DNA from: Eledone cirrhosa
Taxonomy: Eukaryota
Assembly: GCA_964016885.1 (NCBI GenBank)
Contig: OZ024745.1
Span: forward strand, 103,106,001-103,170,000
Length of the DNA: 64,000 nt
Reading direction: 5' to 3'
A program made the translations under genes and the position numbers. This document shows, piece by piece, positions 13,998-26,832 of this stretch (its first letter is position 1; each line of letters begins with the position of its first letter). The notes beneath the pieces are model-generated. The model worked only from the letters and a program-made list of their open reading frames with translations, was not told the DNA's origin and ran no database searches.

Positions 13998-14253
13998 TTT
14001 TTTCCTCCTGTTGTGTTGTATGTCTACGCCATTTTTTATTCAGTCTGTCTATATATTTATTTATTTATTTGCTTGTTTGTTTATTTTATTTTGTCTTCTT
14101 TGCGCATGCGTTTGCGTGTGTGTACAGTGTTATGTGTGTGACTAGTGTGTATAGTGTTGTGTCTGCTGGGTGACTAGTGTGTGTTTATGTGCTTGTTGTT
14201 ATTGTGCTTGTGTATGTATTTATTTATCTTATTTTATTTTAATTTATTTTATT

Positions 14254-14340
14254 GTGTATATATTATATATATATTATATATATATATATATTATATATAT
14301 ATATTATATATAATTCGCTAACCAGTCAGCCACACGCCTT

Positions 14341-14397
<57 letters not shown>

Positions 14398-14539
14398 ATA
14401 TATATATTATTTTATTATGTATATATTATGTATATATTATATATATATATATATTATATATATATATATATATAATATATATATATATATTATATATATA
14501 TAATATATATATATATATAATATATATATATATATTATA

Positions 14540-14582
<43 letters not shown>

Positions 14583-14586
14583 ACAT

Positions 14587-14653
<67 letters not shown>

Positions 14654-14744
14654 CATTATATATATATATATATAATATATATATATATTATATATATATA
14701 TATAATATATATATATATATTATATATATATACATTATATATAT

Positions 14745-14778
<34 letters not shown>

Positions 14779-14812
14779 ATATATTATATATATATTATAT
14801 ATATATATATAT

Positions 14813-14846
<34 letters not shown>

Positions 14847-14847
14847 A

Positions 14848-14885
<38 letters not shown>

Positions 14886-14922
14886 TATATATATTATATA
14901 TATATTATATATATATATATAT

Positions 14923-14974
<52 letters not shown>

Positions 14975-15039
14975 TATATATATTATATATATATATTATA
15001 TATATATTATATATATATTATATATATATATATATTATA

Positions 15040-15108
<69 letters not shown>

Positions 15109-15156
15109 TATATATATTATATATATATTATATATATATTATATATATATATATAT

Positions 15157-15189
<33 letters not shown>

Positions 15190-15205
15190 ATATATATATA
15201 TATAT

Positions 15206-15281
<76 letters not shown>

Positions 15282-15305
15282 ATTATATATATATTATATA
15301 TATAT

Positions 15306-15348
<43 letters not shown>

Positions 15349-15372
15349 AATATATATATAATATATATATAT

Positions 15373-15404
<32 letters not shown>

Positions 15405-15474
15405 AATATATATATAATATATATATATAATATATATATAATATATATATATTATATATATATTATATATATAT

Positions 15475-15549
<75 letters not shown>

Positions 15550-15553
15550 TATT

Positions 15554-15596
<43 letters not shown>

Positions 15597-15607
15597 AATA
15601 TATATAT

Positions 15608-15651
<44 letters not shown>

Positions 15652-15683
15652 ATATATATATATTATATATATATATATATATT

Positions 15684-15761
<78 letters not shown>
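14254..15761. repeat. ~1.5-kb interrupted (TA)n array containing a SINE-head fragment at ~14312-14344
   Basis: Seen directly. Confidence 0.95.
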
Positions 15762-15767
<6 letters not shown>

Positions 15768-16169
15768 AGGCGTGTGGCTGAGTGGTTAGCGAATTGGATT
15801 CACAAACTTGAGGTTGTGAGTTTGATTCCTGGACCAGGCGATGCGTTATGTCCTTGAGCAAGACACTTTATTTCACATTGCTCCTTCTAGCTGGAGTTGC
15901 GACCGATAGATAGTACTAGCAACTGGAAAGACTGACGAAAACATTGTTTCGATCGATCGATCGATCCTTTTTTTACTGTTATTGTCTGTGTGTTTCTATT
16001 CTTCTCTCTCTTACTTTTTGTTTTTCCTCCCTCTCGGTTCAAACAACAAACATAATGTACCTGCAAAATTTCCGCTTATAGAAATTTTGACAAAGACTAA
16101 CTATTTCTCTTGCCTACATGTAAAGATTATTGATTTATGACTTATTTAATTTCTTGAACTTTGGGACAT
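15762..16169 (+). mobile_element. Chimeric SINE-like unit; right arm of the inverted pair
   Basis: Head GAAGGCGTGTGGCTGAGTGGTTAG...GAGTTTGATTCC...TCCTTGAGCAAGACACTTTATTTCAC, then a body shared only with 12117-12538. Confidence 0.8.
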
Positions 16170-16248
16170 ATATATATATATATATTATATATATATATAT
16201 AATATATATATATAATATATATATATATATATAATATATATATAATAT

Positions 16249-16280
<32 letters not shown>

Positions 16281-16319
16281 ATATATACATATATATAATA
16301 TATATATATATATAATATA

Positions 16320-17315
16320 TCATCATCATCATCATCATCACCGTTTTACGTCCGTTCTTCCACGCTAGCATGGGTTAGACGGGTTGTCCTGTTGTGGGCA
16401 GTGTCTGGTCAGCTGACCATGCCTTGCTCATACAGGAACTGATCTGGCTTGATTTCTACAGCTGGATGCCCTTCCTAACACCAACCTCATTTACAGTGAG
16501 TGCTGGGTGCTTTTTCGTGGCGCCTACACGTCCACTTTACAGTGTGGGCTGGGTGCTTTTTTGCCGTGGCACCTCCACGACCACCTTGCGGTGGGGGGGG
16601 GGGGGGGCATATTGTTTATATGCTTCAGCATGTACCCATGGGAGGTCGGGTACCCTGTATTACTGCGTGACGCCAGAAGTCACGGTCGTGTGTCATTGAC
16701 TTTGAGAGGTGTAGTTGGGTAAGGTCGGCTTTTATCACCTCATCCCAAGTCATCTTGGGTCTCCCCACTCCGCGGTTTCCATCAACTTCTAGTGCTCTGC
16801 ACCTTTTTATGCAGCTGTCATCCTTCATACGCATCACATGTCCATACCAGCGTAACCGCCTCTCCTGCACGCAGCATTTGATTCCTCTTATGCTCAGTCT
16901 CTCTCTCAATTCATTTATGCTTTGTCGTTCACGTATATTACTGTTACACATCCATCGGAGCATGCAGGCTTCGTTTCTCTCTAATCTACGTAAGTCTTCC
17001 ACCTTCAGCGCCCAGGTCTCACTACCATGCAACATCGCTGTTCGGATACACGCATCATACAGTCTGCCTTTCATTCTGAGGGAGAAGCCTTTTGCAGCTA
17101 GCAGTGGTAGTAGTTCCCTAAACTTCTTCCATCCCGTTCTTACCCTAGTTATTGTACTTTCTGAGCACCCACCTCCGTTGCTAATTCGGTCACCTAGGTA
17201 GCAGAAGCTGTCTACTGTTTCTACAGGGCCCTCCCAGAGATTGGTGGTACTTGTTTCCTGTGGCTGTTTGCTTGCTGTTTCAGCACAGCTGCTGCATGTG
17301 AATCCTACATTCTTA
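16320..17315 (-). mobile_element. 5'-truncated RTE LINE, subfamily B
   Basis: Open frame ..FCYLGDRISNGGG..MLHGSETW..RRLRWYGHVMR..GRPKMTW (to 16625), 3' UTR and (GAT)n tail; both flanks are (TA)n. Confidence 0.93.
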
Positions 17316-17377
17316 ATTAATATAATATATATATATATAATATATATATATATATAATATATATATATATAATATAT

Positions 17378-17411
<34 letters not shown>

Positions 17412-17582
17412 ATATATATATATAATATATATATATATAATATATATATATATATGTAATATATATATATGTAATATATATATATGTAATATATATATAT
17501 GTAATATATATATATGTAATATATATATATGTAATATATATATATATAATATATATATATATATAATATATAATATATATAA

Positions 17583-20500
17583 TCATCATCATCAACGTTT
17601 AACGTCCGTGTTCCACGCTTGCATGGGTTTGGACGGGGGTAGTCCCACTTGAGGCAAGAGTGGTTGTCTTGCTCGCATAGGACTGTCTGGCAGGTTTTCT
17701 ACAGTTGGATGCCCTTCCTAACACCAACCACATTTACAGTGTGGGGCTGGGAGGTTTTTACCGTGTTGCCTACACGGCCACATTACAGCGTGGACTGTGT
17801 GTTTTTTTGTCGTGACACCTACACGATCTCATTTATTTCGGCCTGGATGGCGCGGCACCAACATAACTTTACATAGAACGGGGTGGTGTGGATGGGGTGG
17901 GGGTGGTGGCGGGACGGGGTGTATTTTGTTAGGGATGCCTACTGGCAAGGCGGGTCTTCTCTGTTACTGAGTACCGCCAAAGGTCTCGGTCCAGTGACAT
18001 TGTCTTGGAGAGGTGTAAGTGTGTGAGGTCGGAGTTTATCAGCTCGTCCCAGGTTTTTCTAGGTCTGCCTATTCCGTGGCTACCGTCTATCTTTATTGCC
18101 CTGCACTTTGTTATACAGCTATCGACTTTCATGCGCATCACGTGTCCATACCAACGTAGCCTTCTCTCGAGTAAACAACATCTGATCCCTCTTATCTCTA
18201 ATTTTCTCCTTAGTTCGTTTATGCTTTGCCGTTCACGTATATTACTGTTACACATCCAGCGGAGCATGCAAGCTTCGTTCCTCTCTAGTCTGCGTATATC
18301 CTCTGCACACAATGCCCAGGTCTCACTGCCATGCAACATTGCTGTTCGTATGCAGGCATCGTACAACCTGCCTTTCATTTTTAGGGAGAACCCTTTAGCA
18401 GCTAATAGTGGTATAAGCTCTCTGAACTTTTTCCAACCAGTTCTGACTCTAGCTACAGTACTTTCAGAGCACCCTCCCCCACTGCTGATTTTATCACCCA
18501 GGTAACGGAAGCTGTCCACTATTTCTATAGAACCCTCTGCGCAATTGAAAGAGCTAGTATATTATGGGCACTTGCTGCTACTTATTGCACCAGAACACCG
18601 GCCACATGTAAAATCTATGTTCTTAGTTAGCTTACCTGTGATCCCACTACATCTTTTATGCACCCATACTTTGCATTTAGGACATAAAATGGAGTTTCTA
18701 CCTACGCCTTTCCTACACACCGAGCACGACCATTTCCCAGAAGGGACCGCCGCCTTGTTTTCTTTCTTACAAACTAGAACTTTGGTCTTAGCCAGGTTAA
18801 TTTTAAGTCCTTTTGACTCTAGGCCATGCTTCCATGTTTGGAATTTCTTCTCTAGCTCGGCCATTGATTCCGCTATGAGTGTCAGGTCGTCTGCGTATAG
18901 GAGTTCCCATGGGCAGCCTGTCTTGAACTCCTCTGTTATAGCCTGAAGGGCAATAATAAATAGTAGGGGGCTGAGAACAGAGCCCTGATGGACGCCAACT
19001 TTTACGCTAAACTCTTCACTATATTCGTTGTTAATTCTAACCTTGCTGACTGTTTCTTTATACATGGCTTGTATAGCCCTCACAAGCCATTCGTCAACGC
19101 CTAGTTTTCTAAGAGCCCACCAGATAATGGAGCAGGGGACTCTGTCGAAGGCTTTCTCCAGGTCGACAAAAGCTAAGTAGAGGGGTTTACCTTTAGCTAG
19201 GTACTTCTCCTGTAGTTGTCATACTATGAAAAGAGCGTCTGTGGTGCTTTTGCCTGACACAAACCCGAACTGCATTTCATCTAGGTCAATTCTCTCTCTG
19301 ATTAGTTGCGCTATTACTTTTTCCGTGACCTTCATGACCTGGTCGATTAATTTAATGCCTCTATAGTTACTCCTATCTAGGGCGTCTCCTTTACTCTTAT
19401 AACAGTTAACGATGATGCTGCTATGCCAGTCCTTCGGAACAACCCCATTCTGTACGACTTGGTTAACTATGCGGGTGACCATGGTGTGTCCCACCGTGCC
19501 AGATGCCTTCAGCATCTCAGCAACTATTTCCGAAGGCCCAGCCGCCTTACCCGTCTTCATATCCTTGATTGCCTTACTTATTATACTCCCCTCGACTAAC
19601 ACTGCTGGTCCCTCTATTGGGTCGATATGGGGGAGACTGTCTTTCTCCCATTTATTCTCCTCATTTAGTAGCCTTTCATAGTGACACTTCCAAGCTACCT
19701 TCTTATCAGTGTCGGTGATGGCAAGTATGCCATCATCGTTAAGTACACACTTCTCCCCGACAATATCACGGTTTTCCTTGACGCATTGCCTAGCAATCCT
19801 GAACACCTCACGTTTTTGGTCATCGCGTTGTAGAACATGCTTGAACTTTCTTTCCTCAGCTTCCCTTCTTGCTAAGTACACTTCTCTCCTAGCTTCCCTC
19901 CTGGCCACTTGATAGTCTACTCTACTTCCCCCATCCCGCCATACTTTCCAAGCCTGCTTTTTGGCCTTAATTGACCCCTCCACCTTACTGTTCCACCACC
20001 ATGTTACTCTCCTCCTGCCTACAGGCCTGCTCCAGCCACAGACTTCGTCTGTCGCCGTCAGCAGGTTTGCTTTCAGAAATTCCCACTGTCCCTCTATATT
20101 GTCCGACTCTAGATGCTCTTCCTTACTGTCGAAAGCATCAAGTAATATGCTTTGAAATTTATTTCTGGCTGTGGGGTCCTTTAGCTTCGATATTTTCCTC
20201 CTGAGGATAGTCCTCTTCTGCTGTCGAGTACGTCTCGTCCTGACTATGAGGTCGCTAATTATCAGTCTATGTTGGGAGGTGCATTCTTCATGGGGGAGGG
20301 ATTTAGTGTTTACAACAGACACTCTGTCACGTCTTCTGGTAAGGATATAATCTACCTGGCTTGTGTGTTCCCCGGATCTATAGGTGATCAGGTGATTGTC
20401 ACATTTTTTTAAGTTAGTGTTACAGATAGTTAGGTTATTTGCATCACAGAATTCCAGGATTCTGGAGCCTTCCTCATTTCTAGTACCAAACCCATAGCCT

Positions 20501-21126
20501 CCATGGATTTCATCGTAGCCGTCACAATGTTGTCCAACGTGACCATTTAGGTCGCCTGCAATAATTATATAGTCACTGTCAGATATTTGGGAGGTAGTTA
20601 GCAACAGTGTCTCATAGAATCTGTCTTTTATAGTGCCGGGCAGTCCGGATTGGTGTGCGTACGCAGATATTACTGTCACCGTAGTTCTATTGAGGACAAG
20701 TCGTATTTTAATTATTCTGTCGTTCACTCTATTTACGTCTATTATCTTATCTGTCCACTTTTCTGCTACCATGATTCCTACTCCACCCAGCCCATCGTCG
20801 TTTCCCACCCAGAAAAGCTTATAACATCGTTTTTTACCCTCAATGAATCTAGCAGACCCACCCCTCCACCTGGTCTCTTGAATACAACAAACATCGACCT
20901 CCTTACGTTCAAGCATTTCTACAACCTCGTTAGCACGACCCTTTAGGGTGCCTACATTTATGGTACCAACTCTGAAGTTTTGGATTGCGTTTGGAGGGTG
21001 GGGAGATGGGGTTATGTTAGCCATCCGCGGACGAAACAAAGAGGAGTGCTCGCATTCTCGTCCACGAGGTGAATTTGACTTTAACTTTGGCATTTTCGCT
21101 CTGAGCGTCCAGATTTTTCTCTCCCT
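17583..21126 (-). mobile_element. Near full-length RTE-clade LINE, subfamily A, inserted in (TA)n
   Basis: APE endonuclease, RT, PHD-type finger, RTE C-terminus, 3' UTR and (GAT)n tail. Confidence 0.96.
17929..21093 (-). pseudogene. RTE polyprotein (APE endonuclease + RT + PHD finger), one frame with two premature stops
   Basis: ORFs 19219..21405, 18562..19083 and 17929..18519 share a frame. Motifs: GTINVGTL, CIQETRW, GDLNGHVG, QVDYIL, SQHRL, NYRGI, FVDLEKAFDRV, QGSVLSPLLF, YADD. Stops are TGA at 19219 and TAA at 18562. Probable start is ATG 21093 or 21024. Confidence 0.95.
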
Positions 21127-21230
21127 ATAATATATATATATATATATAATATATATATATATAATATATATATATATAATATATATATATAATATATATA
21201 TATATATAGTATATATATATATAATATATA

Positions 21231-21268
<38 letters not shown>

Positions 21269-21449
21269 ATTATAAGTGTAAAGAGCAAATAGACAAAAAT
21301 ATACCTAACTTTTTCTTTAAAGTCCCATCTATACAAGTTTACCATTTGGTATGCAGTCAGCATGCAATTAAAATGCACTGGGGCTGTGAGGTTATTGGCT
21401 TGCAAAGAGTCTCCTCATATATATATATATATAAAACTGGGTTTAAGAG

Positions 21450-21700
21450 GAATTTGAAGTGGTGTGCAAGAGAGAAGACCGTGTTGGTTTGGACATGTGG
21501 TGCACATAGACAATGATCATTGGGTAAAGAAGTGCCAGGAAATGCCAGTGGAAGGATGTCATGGTAGAAGTAGACCAAGACAGGTTGTGAGTCACTGAGA
21601 CTCACAGAGGTGATGAAATGTGGAAAGTTGCTGTGCTGATATGGACCCATCTAACCCATGCAAGCATGGAAAAGGGAACGTAAAAACGATGATGATGATA
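21450..21700 (+). mobile_element. Decayed RTE 3' end
   Basis: RGI..GVQERR..WFGHV-like translation followed by CTAACCCATGCAAGCATGGAAA and (GAT)n. Confidence 0.75.
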
Positions 21701-21857
21701 TAAGTTTAGTATTAAGTCATGAGAATGAATACTCAATGCCATAGCAGAGACTAATAGTTTTATTTATGTCAAGTCAATGTCTTCATTGTATAATGATACT
21801 GTAAGCATATAGAAGAAATTCCAGAGAAAAGGATACTGACTTGACTGTAATAAAACT

Positions 21858-22207
21858 AGACATGGCTTAGTGGTTAGAGCATTGGGCTTGCAATCGAAAG
21901 GTTGTGAGTTCAATTCTCAGACCGGGTGATGTGTTGTTTCCTTGAGCAAAATACTTTATTCCACATTGCTCCAGTTTACTCAACTGTAGAAATGAGATGA
22001 TAGGACTGGAGTCCATATCATTCCACTGCAAAGTGGTCGTGGAGGTGCCACAGCAAAAAAGTACCCAGCACTCACTGTAAATAAGGTTGGTGTTGGGAAG
22101 GGCATCCAGCTGTAGAAATCAAGCCAGAATCAGTTCCCGTCCCACCCTTGCAAGCAGGGAAAAGCAGACGTAAAATGAAATGAAATGACGTAAAATGAAA
22201 TGATGAT
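21858..22207 (+). mobile_element. CORE-type tRNA SINE with RTE-derived tail, family B
   Basis: TGGCTTAGTGGTTAGAGC...GAGTTCAATTC head, CCTTGAGCAA...CTGTAGAAATGAG core, GGAAGGGCATCCAGCTGTAGAAA tail. Confidence 0.9.
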
Positions 22208-22313
22208 ATATATATATATATCAGTTTGAAATGATGATATATATATATATATATATCAGTTTTATTTATAAAATTATTCTAATTCTTTCATTTTTCTTTT
22301 TTTTTCTTTGTAG

Positions 22314-22403
22314 GCACTGTTGGAATATGCTACCATGGTGATGAGTCCATCTGTATCTTCGACATCCTCAAGAACTACGGGAAATGCTGTCACATATACT
22401 TAG
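22314..22403 (+). CDS. Candidate terminal coding exon of a host gene (ALLEYATMVMSPSVSSTSSRTTGNAVTYT*)
   Basis: Long polypyrimidine tract plus TAG acceptor at 22311-22313, non-repetitive composition, in-frame stop. ALLEY resembles the last helix of protein tyrosine phosphatase domains, but no other exon was found. Confidence 0.35.
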   Translation, partial: ALLEYATMVMSPSVSSTSSRTTGNAVTYT

Positions 22404-23170
22404 CAGAGTGATAACTTCAGCTAAAGTTACCAAAGTTCTTTGGCAACAGAAAAACCTTACCAAGTTAACTGTTGCATTTTACATCCGTTGCTGTTAAATG
22501 AAAATTTTACAATCACATGCTTAAAACAAACACAAACACAAACACTCATTGAGCAATATATAAAGAGGCACACATGCATATATATATATATATATATATA
22601 TATCTTGGAGTGTATGCGAATGAAAATGGAAATATACATATATACATTATGTATGTGTTTACATAGCTACATGCATCAAAATTATACAGGGACATGTAAA
22701 CATTTAATATATGTCATGTGTATGTAGACACACACACATACACACACACAAACAAACATGAATATATATATATACACACAAAAATATACACATATATGTA
22801 TGTATATATATGATTTGTGTGGCCATGTACATGTGTGTGTTCTATTGAGTGTGTAATAGAAATGTTTGTATACATATTAAGTAGTTTCACAAAGACGAAA
22901 TCTGATTGTAAAACAAACAGCTGAAAACTGCTGGAATAAGTAATGACAAGCCTTGAGCAGGGCAAAATTATCAAAATATTTTATCAAAATCAAAATCATG
23001 TAATGATAAATTATATAACTATGTCACTGCTTCCAACGAATTAACATTTCATAAATTTGTATTATATACTGGCATATGTGTATATGTGTATGAGTATATA
23101 TATATTTGTGGCATGGGTATATATGTACCTGGGGGTTTGTTTATAAATAGTTCATATATATGTATATATA

Positions 23171-23212
<42 letters not shown>

Positions 23213-23628
23213 CACACAAACACACATATATATACATATGTATCTCTATGTATGTGCATATATAAATATATAAATATTTATGTATATATATTTATACAGG
23301 CGTATTATATAGATGACTGTGTGTATGTGTGCATGTGTGAGTGTGTACTATTAGCTTGTATTTGAAAATAATTTATATAATTTATGTAGTATCTTGAAAC
23401 ATAACATTTGTTTGTGAATTATCTTATCTAGGAATAATATCACATACAAATAAATGAATAATCCATTTGATTATAAGTGTGTTTACAACTGTCAGCTTTT
23501 AGAGTTTGTTCCAGTGTGTGCATACACATACACACACACACACATATATATATACACACACACACACACATATACATACATATTATATTTATATATTCTT
23601 ATACTTACACTCACACACACACACACAC

Positions 23629-23689
<61 letters not shown>

Positions 23690-24859
23690 TACACATATAA
23701 GTATAAACCTCTTGTATTGGAGTATAGACAAGTTCAAAGAACTCAGTACTGCAAGTAGAACACAAAGATTCAGGCATGCTATAACTATAGTTTTGTCTTT
23801 CGAAATTTGAAAGATGAATCTATACTTATTTCAGCTTTATAAAATATTCATATACATATATACTTATCTATACACATACTCATATACACAGGTATCTTCT
23901 TTATCCTCATCATTGTATTTTGATGTCTGCCTTTTCTATAGTGACATGCATGGGGATGGACTGGCCTACAATGCAACATCTTTTCATTTATTTCAAAACA
24001 TGTGCCCCTGTATGTAGGTGTTCTATAATATTTAGGTTTTTAGGTCTGAATATCCAATGACTCCTTCCTAAATTTGTGTTATTCTACCTCTTCTGTTCAT
24101 ATCTTCTATTTGAAGCCCTGTTACTCAGTAAGCCATTTGCATTACATATCAATTTATTTACCCCACTTGCATGCATTGGCTAATACCATTGATATGGTAT
24201 CACTGTTTTGATTCATCGGCATTGAAAAAATTCATATTACTCATCCAGTTGTTACATATTTTCTGCATCTCGTCCATATATTTCATATATAATATATCTT
24301 AAATGTCATTTGAGAGAAACCTTTGTTACCTTTAGTATTCCACTTGGCAGCACAAGATTTCTGTCTGTATAACTCCTTCCATTCTCTTCAAACCTTGGTC
24401 ACTGAATTGTTATTAATTCCAACTAGATTATATCATGTAGGTAGCAGGACATATTTAGCATTTCCAATGAATATCTGAGCAGTTTAGGAAATATAATCAT
24501 TGCTACAATATACTGCCAGCAGTATTAATAATATTAGCAACTACTGTACAGTTTATGCATCTAAATATTGTGCTACCTAACAACCTAATGGCCTCCACCA
24601 TATATTGTTACTATTGTCTATATATTATTTTCTACTTACTCTTAATTTGCACAATGGTTAAGTCTATTTACCTAATTACTGTTGGGCTACCACACGATTA
24701 AAACATGTTACTTTCTTAATCCTGGTCATGTCAATATTCAAGCCTTTTGAGTCAAAATCCATCTAAGTTTCAAATCACCTTCAATGCTTTTCAGTTGATT
24801 CTGTAATAAGGATTGAATTATTAACATACAAAAGCTGTGTTCTAGACCTAATTCATAGT

Positions 24860-25440
24860 GTTTGTTACCTACATGACATAATTAACAGTAGAGCTAGGCA
24901 TTTCAAAAGCATAGTAACCAGAATGGAAAAATTTCAAGGAGCTTTTACATCTGCAGGTAAAAAGAAGATTCTCTGTCCAAGTGAAAGGCAGATTGTATAA
25001 TACTTGTGTATTAATTGCAATGTTAAGTTGTAGTGAAACATGGTCACTGAATGAAGAAGATATGAAAGTAATGGAAAGAAGTATAGTAGGCATACCCATT
25101 AGGTGTATAGTCTGCATAAACAACAGTGCAAAAATAATCTTAGGGAAAAACTGAGTATACGAGGAATCAAATATAGTGTGTAGGTAAGAAGACTACTAGT
25201 ACAAAAATGTGAGATATATGGTGGATGACAGTTAAATAAAGAAGTCCAAGTGATCCAAGTGGTGGGAACCTGCAGAAAATGAAGACATGAGAAGTATTGG
25301 TGAAGGCTGATCTTAAGAGGCTGAAATCAGGAAGGAGATTGCAAAAGATTGTAACAAATGGCAAGGTATTATGCTAGTGAAGACCCATCCAATCCATGCA
25401 AGCATTGAAAGTGGATATAAAAATAAATAGGATGATAATG
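24860..25440 (+). pseudogene. Decayed RTE C-terminal region and 3' tail
   Basis: WKNFKELL..KGRLYNTC...SETWSL remnants; CCATCCAATCCATGCAAGCA tail. Confidence 0.75.
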
Positions 25441-25799
25441 AAAGACTCCTATTGTTAACCCAGTTTTAAATAACTTCTAGTAGTTTCAATGAATAAAAGA
25501 CTACTAAAGATGGAATTTGACTGCATGTTAACATTTCATCAACTTACTGTTTAATCTCACTAAACATTTATCACCATTATACACGTCCTGAATAGATCAC
25601 ATAAAGCAAAATTAGGAAATTATATCTAGCTTTTTATTCTTACAAGACTCTAAAGTATGAGCCCTGATTATAAATCTTTCCTCAGTTGACAAAAGCAAAA
25701 TAAATTGTTTTTTTTTGCCAAGTACTTTCATTGCTCAATCATTCCACAAGAAATACTACAATTACTATGTCCCTATAGAAACATCAACTACACTATATT

Positions 25800-26420
25800 A
25801 AATGATACTTTCTCCTGCTTTACTCTGACTTTTTGTACTAACATTGTCTTGACTCACTTCTAATTTCTCCTCTCTACCATATCATATATTCCTTGTAACC
25901 CTTCATCTGGCTTATATATGTATATATAGATCTCCTTATCTTCTGTTATGTATGTCGTTTCAGTTATATTACTTGCTTCCCTATTCTAACACCATGTTGC
26001 CTACTGCTTAATTAGATCTATGTTCCATCCACAGAATTGGTTGGTGATATGTTATAGTTTGTCTTTTAGGAATGCCCAGCTCTCGTGTACACTACCTTAG
26101 TTCACTACTTCTCTCACATTGCCCACAAAATAATGTATGATAAAACGCTGTCTTTCACAGAAGGCATCTTCAGCTTCTATTAGCTGAGGCACTTCTATAT
26201 ATTCTTTATTTTTCATCAAAAATTGATTAACTGCTAATCTATGTTGGGTGACATATTCCTTTCTAGAGACAGCTTTTGTGTTCACAACCATTTGTTTCAT
26301 GTCAGTCTACTAAAAGTGAATTTGGTTTTTCATCCTACTGAACTAGTGTGTAGTTAGTTATAGTCAAGTTGTATTTTTAATGTTTGTGTTGTAGATAGTA
26401 AGTTCATTAGAAACATAGAG
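25800..26420 (-). pseudogene. Highly decayed RTE endonuclease/linker fragment
   Basis: VVNTKAVSRKEYVTQHRLAV aligns with VVNTKSLPHEECTSQHRLII of the RTE. Confidence 0.6.
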
Positions 26421-26787
26421 CCTTAACACCCAAAAATCTCATGCTGAAAGTCTTCCAATGTAATAAATCTGTGTGGTAGATGCTAATTTGTATATAGATA
26501 GTGTAAATACCAAAATACAAAACGAAGGTTCAAACAAGAACTGCATTTTTAAATGGAAAGAAAGCAATTGAATACAAATACTAAAATACATATCAAGATT
26601 ATTTAGCTTCATGCTGTCTCTGGTGAAGGGAATTATATATATATATATATATATATATGTTTGTGTATGTATATATATATATACATGTATGTATATATAT
26701 ATACATATATGTATGTATATATATACATATATATAAATACAGATAAACACACACAAATGCATATACACATGTACAAATATATATATA

Positions 26788-26832
<45 letters not shown>

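Noticed and set aside
21094-21405. N-terminal ~100 aa of the 728-aa ORF
   Set aside because: Mostly read-through of (TA)n and flank outside the RTE, which starts at ~21126.
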